DNA from: a virus
Taxonomy: Duplodnaviria; Caudoviricetes
Virus record (IMG/VR): IMGVR_UViG_3300033475_000118
Location: 1-29,910 of that record
Strand: one strand, 5' to 3'
DNA: 29,910 nucleotides
This document shows positions 26,637-29,910 of the stretch, piece by piece. Every line of letters starts with the position of its first letter. Position 1 is the first letter of the stretch. The notes under the pieces are model-generated. The model did no database searches. It was not told where the DNA came from and saw nothing but the letters and a program-made list of their open reading frames with translations. The position numbers and the translations under genes are program-made.

Positions 26637-27389
26637 ATGGCAGAGGTCACTCCTAACCCTGGGTTGCCTGCACAGACAATCATCTCGCAGTACAGCAACT
26701 CCCCAACGCTCGTCCAGTTGATAAACAACATGGACGCGTACATAAATCCAGACACCGACTTCGATACATTCTTCGACTTCTGTTTCAACGTCGAGACAGC
26801 GCGCGGATTCGGTCTGGACAACTGGGGAAAGGTTGTTGGGCTAGAGAATGGCCGCCTGTTGCAGATTCCTGACAATGAACTGAACCTTGGATTTGATGAA
26901 GCCGGTACGGCAAGCGCAACCACCTTCGGATCGGGCGTCCTATATAGCGGTGCCCAAGTAACGCAGAACTTTGTACTGGCCGATGACGCGTTCCGCACGC
27001 TCATTCTCGTCAAGGCGCTGGCGAATATCTCGAACTGCACTGCGGCAAGCCTGAATCAACTTCTGCAAAACCTGTTCGCAGGCAGAGGTCGTTGCTACGT
27101 TAGCGACCTCGGCAAAATGCAGATGCGGTTCACGTTCGAGTTCTTCCTTCAGCCTTTCGAACTTGCGATTCTCACGCAATCAGGCGCGATTCCGCGTCCG
27201 GCCGCTGTTCAGGCATTCGTGATGTCGGTGAGCCTGCCCTTTACGTTTGGATTTTCTGAAGCCGGGACGCCGTCAGCAGTGCCGTTCGGCCAGGGATCCT
27301 TCTATACGGGGATCAACTACACGCCATCGTCAGCCCCGGGCGGAATTCTCGACCAATCCTTCATTCTGAATCAGTCAATACTGGGATGA
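26637..27389 (+). CDS. baseplate wedge protein (DUF2612-like)
   Basis: IISQYSNSP, TARGFGLDNWG.VVG, L.DDAFRTLI..KA.ANI. Confidence 0.85.
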   Translation: MAEVTPNPGLPAQTIISQYSNSPTLVQLINNMDAYINPDTDFDTFFDFCFNVETARGFGLDNWGKVVGLENGRLLQIPDNELNLGFDEAGTASATTFGSGVLYSGAQVTQNFVLADDAFRTLILVKALANISNCTAASLNQLLQNLFAGRGRCYVSDLGKMQMRFTFEFFLQPFELAILTQSGAIPRPAAVQAFVMSVSLPFTFGFSEAGTPSAVPFGQGSFYTGINYTPSSAPGGILDQSFILNQSILG

Positions 27390-27450
27390 TCTGGCCGGCG
27401 TGCCGGGCGCAGTTCCAGTCGCGATCACCTCTCCGAGTCGACTTCTATTT

Positions 27451-28854
27451 ATGAAACGCATCCTGTTCGCCCTGATGTTTTTTGCGTGGTCCGGTGCGCA
27501 CGCCCAGTTCATTCCGGGACAATTGCTCACTGCCGCCCAGCTCAACAGTGCATTGCTCGCGAAAACGAACAATGCTGCTGCGGCCATCACTGGTGGAACC
27601 ATCTCGGGCCTGTCTGCGCCGATTCCGTTGGGTTCGGGCGGAACCAATTGCAGTGTGGCGAGCGGCGCGTGTCTCGACAACATCACGGGTTTTTCAGGTA
27701 CCGGCGTGCTTTCCCGGACGGGTACTGGCACGTACGCATTCTCGCCACCTGTACTGCCCACCTATACGAACTTTAATCCAGCGCAGCTTTCTCGATGGCG
27801 CCTGGCCTTGGCAAAAGTACGCGCAGGACAAGCGCAGGCGAGAATCGCAGTGACAGGCGACTCCATCACTGCCGGTTTCGGCTCGACGCCGACAAACGGC
27901 TACTCAAACGCAATTGCGACCTCCTACCCATCGCAGCTTGCCGCTGCGCTCAACGCGTACAAAGCCCCCACGCGCTACAACTCGTTCTTTACTGAGAATG
28001 GCTTTTCGACGCAGGCCGGCGCTACGCCGTCAGTTGTCGACCCGCGCCTTACTTTGGGGACGGGATGGACGAATGCCGGCGCATCCACTTTTGGCGGCAA
28101 TAGCTTCACAGGCGCCAGTGCGAGCGGCGCGCTGACTTTTGCACCGACTGGCGCATTTAATACGGTAGATGTCTACTACCTGGTCAATTCTGGCCTGGGC
28201 TCGTTCACTGTTAGCGTCGGTGGTGTCACGCTCGCAACGGTCAACACCGCGGGCGTATCCTCATTGGGGAAAGTCACGGTATCCACAGGCGCATCTGCCG
28301 CCGTAGGTTCAATCGTCGTGACGCCAACTGGATCCGGCACGGTGTTCATTGCGGGCGAAGATGCGTACGACTCGGCAAACCCCAAAGTGTCGGTCTGGAA
28401 CCAAGGGCGCATCGGCGCAGGGATCGCGTTTCTCGCGGCTACAACGAATGGCTATTCCTGGCAAAACGCACTGGTGAGCACTGCGCCAGACCTCGTCATT
28501 TGCGGTATCGGCGTGAACGACTACCGGACCGCCGGATCAGGAATCACGCTTGCGAACTACATCACGCTCTACCAGCAGTTCATAACCGCCGTTACTGCGG
28601 TGTCGGACATGGTGATGGTTATCGAGGTCCCCAGTGCCGCATCATCCGCACCGCTTGCGACACAGGCCCAGTTCGTAGCGGCGCAGTACGCGCTCGCTGC
28701 TGCAAATAATCTCCCCGTGATTGACTTTACCCAGAGATACGTGTCCTGGTCGTTTTCGAATGGGCTTGGCTACTATTTCGATTCCTTACACCCCAACGCT
28801 GCAGGCTATAACGACGTAGCGCAGGCAGTCCTGGAAGCGCCCTTCGTCTTTTAA
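27451..28854 (+). CDS. SGNH/GDSL hydrolase (esterase) with predicted Sec signal peptide
   Basis: Blocks GDSIT, NQGRIG, GIGVND, DSLHPN; N-terminus MKRILFALMFFAWSGAHA|Q with an AHA cleavage motif. Confidence 0.85.
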   Translation: MKRILFALMFFAWSGAHAQFIPGQLLTAAQLNSALLAKTNNAAAAITGGTISGLSAPIPLGSGGTNCSVASGACLDNITGFSGTGVLSRTGTGTYAFSPPVLPTYTNFNPAQLSRWRLALAKVRAGQAQARIAVTGDSITAGFGSTPTNGYSNAIATSYPSQLAAALNAYKAPTRYNSFFTENGFSTQAGATPSVVDPRLTLGTGWTNAGASTFGGNSFTGASASGALTFAPTGAFNTVDVYYLVNSGLGSFTVSVGGVTLATVNTAGVSSLGKVTVSTGASAAVGSIVVTPTGSGTVFIAGEDAYDSANPKVSVWNQGRIGAGIAFLAATTNGYSWQNALVSTAPDLVICGIGVNDYRTAGSGITLANYITLYQQFITAVTAVSDMVMVIEVPSAASSAPLATQAQFVAAQYALAAANNLPVIDFTQRYVSWSFSNGLGYYFDSLHPNAAGYNDVAQAVLEAPFVF

Positions 28855-28928
28855 GCGACGCCCGCGCCATCGATTAGCGCGGAATACGGCGTTAATCCCA
28901 GCTTCCACGGCACCGCCACAAACACCAC

Positions 28929-28986
28929 AGCCGCCTCCGGGCGGCTTCTTCATTTCTAAGGCCCGCGATTGCGGGCTTTTTCATTT
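28929..28986 (+). terminator. two tandem terminator-like hairpins
   Basis: AGCCGCC-TCCG-GGCGGCTTCTT and AAGGCCCGC-GATT-GCGGGCTTTTT. Confidence 0.7.
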
Positions 28987-29006
28987 CAGCCTACCCGGAC
29001 GCCACT

Positions 29007-29910
29007 ATGCAGGCTAGTCAAACACCAACGCTGGTCCCGCTCGCATTCGCAGCCAACGGTACGAAAAACACGATTCCCGAGAATTCACAGATCAGTATTA
29101 CGCCGGGAGCCGCAAGCCTGAACGACGGCTTCCCGCCGCTGACCTTCACGCCGATTGCCGCTGGTGGCGTGCCGCCCGCAGGTGCGGATTTCAACGGCGT
29201 GCTGAATCTCATCACGCAGACGATCCGCTGGAGTCAGGGTGGCGGCATGTTCGGCTATAACAGCGCGTTCGCTACTGACTCGAATGTCGGCGGCTATCCG
29301 CGTGGCGCGCTGCTGCTCAATACCGCCCGAACTGGCCTTTGGCTGAATGCAACCGATAACAATGCCACGAACCCGGATACGGGTGGCGCTGGCTGGTCTG
29401 CGGCATTTCCCGCGGGTGTCGTCGGGCAGTCTGTCAATCTGACGATGAGCGTTACCGCTGCATCGGCGACTGCAACCCTCACTGCCGACGAGATCATCGT
29501 TGAAACAGCGCTTGGCGGTCAAACATATCGCCTCGCGAGTTTCAGCAAGACCATCAACCTCGCGACGACCGGTGCCGGCGGAATGGACACCGGTACGGCG
29601 CCAGTTAGCGGTTATGTCGCGCTGTACGCGATCTACAATCCGACAACCGGGACAAGCGCACTTCTCGCTACGAATGCGACTTCCGTGTCCGCACCCGAGG
29701 TCTATGGCGGAGCCAATAGGCCGGCAGGATATACGGCATCGGCGCTTGTGAGTGTCTGGAATACGAACGGAAGCGGGCAATTCGTTGTAGCCGTGCAACT
29801 AGGCAGGTGCATCGACTATCCTCCTCGCACGGAAATCACCATCAGCACAGCAACCAGCGGATTTACTCAGTCCGGGACCATTGCTGACATCCCGCTCAAT
29901 GCGAGATTTG
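29007..29910 (+). CDS. tail fibre protein (3' truncated by window)
   Basis: Open frame from ATG 29007 to the window end: MQASQTPTLVPLAFAANGTKNTIP...GAAS..DGFPPLT...GG.PP.GADFNG.L...GGYP.GA, the fibre N-terminus typical of this myovirus group. Confidence 0.88.
   Translation, partial: MQASQTPTLVPLAFAANGTKNTIPENSQISITPGAASLNDGFPPLTFTPIAAGGVPPAGADFNGVLNLITQTIRWSQGGGMFGYNSAFATDSNVGGYPRGALLLNTARTGLWLNATDNNATNPDTGGAGWSAAFPAGVVGQSVNLTMSVTAASATATLTADEIIVETALGGQTYRLASFSKTINLATTGAGGMDTGTAPVSGYVALYAIYNPTTGTSALLATNATSVSAPEVYGGANRPAGYTASALVSVWNTNGSGQFVVAVQLGRCIDYPPRTEITISTATSGFTQSGTIADIPLNARF

Larger units (their letters stand above)
1..29910. mobile_element. myovirus-type phage/prophage segment
   Basis: Contiguous early-region, packaging, head and contractile-tail genes. 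No host genes, integrase or att site within the window. Confidence 0.95.

Noticed and set aside
27400-27450. GTG 27400 start for the esterase
   Set aside because: ATG 27451 gives a canonical signal-peptide N-terminus. Neither start has a strong SD, so this is not fully excluded.
1-29910. CRISPR array, diversity-generating retroelement, integrase/att, lysis cassette, stop-codon recoding
   Set aside because: I saw no regularly spaced repeats, reverse transcriptase, integrase, holin/endolysin or interrupted core genes. Lysis and integration genes probably lie outside the window.

Overview
The window is about 30 kb of a tailed phage or prophage genome, GC-rich and with gene content and codon style suggesting a Burkholderiaceae host (inference). 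Nearly everything is on the + strand. Positions 1-4140 are the end of an early/'nin-like' region: the C-terminus of a C5-cytosine methyltransferase, small coupled ORFs, DUF551, an HNH endonuclease with its own promoter, a Q-like late regulator and a NinI-like phosphatase. Positions 4140-6460 are an unusual late-leader region: a putative promoter/terminator pair, three micro-ORFs, about 500 nt of ORF-poor and densely base-paired sequence, an anti-Shine-Dalgarno sRNA-like element, and an HTH/repeat/metallophosphoesterase gene. From 6514 to the end is a complete contractile-tail (Bcep781/PLPE-like myovirus) morphogenesis operon: TerS, TerL, DUF1073 portal, MuF, DUF2213 protease-scaffold, decoration protein, DUF2184 capsid, neck, DUF3383 sheath, tube, frameshifted chaperones, tape measure-lysozyme, baseplate and tail fibre. 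Notable additions are a NUDIX domain fused to the prohead protease, an antisense gene between portal and MuF, a three-way-junction RNA able to pair with a downstream start region, and a signal-peptide-bearing SGNH esterase inside the tail module. Family names come from motif recognition and synteny, not database searches.
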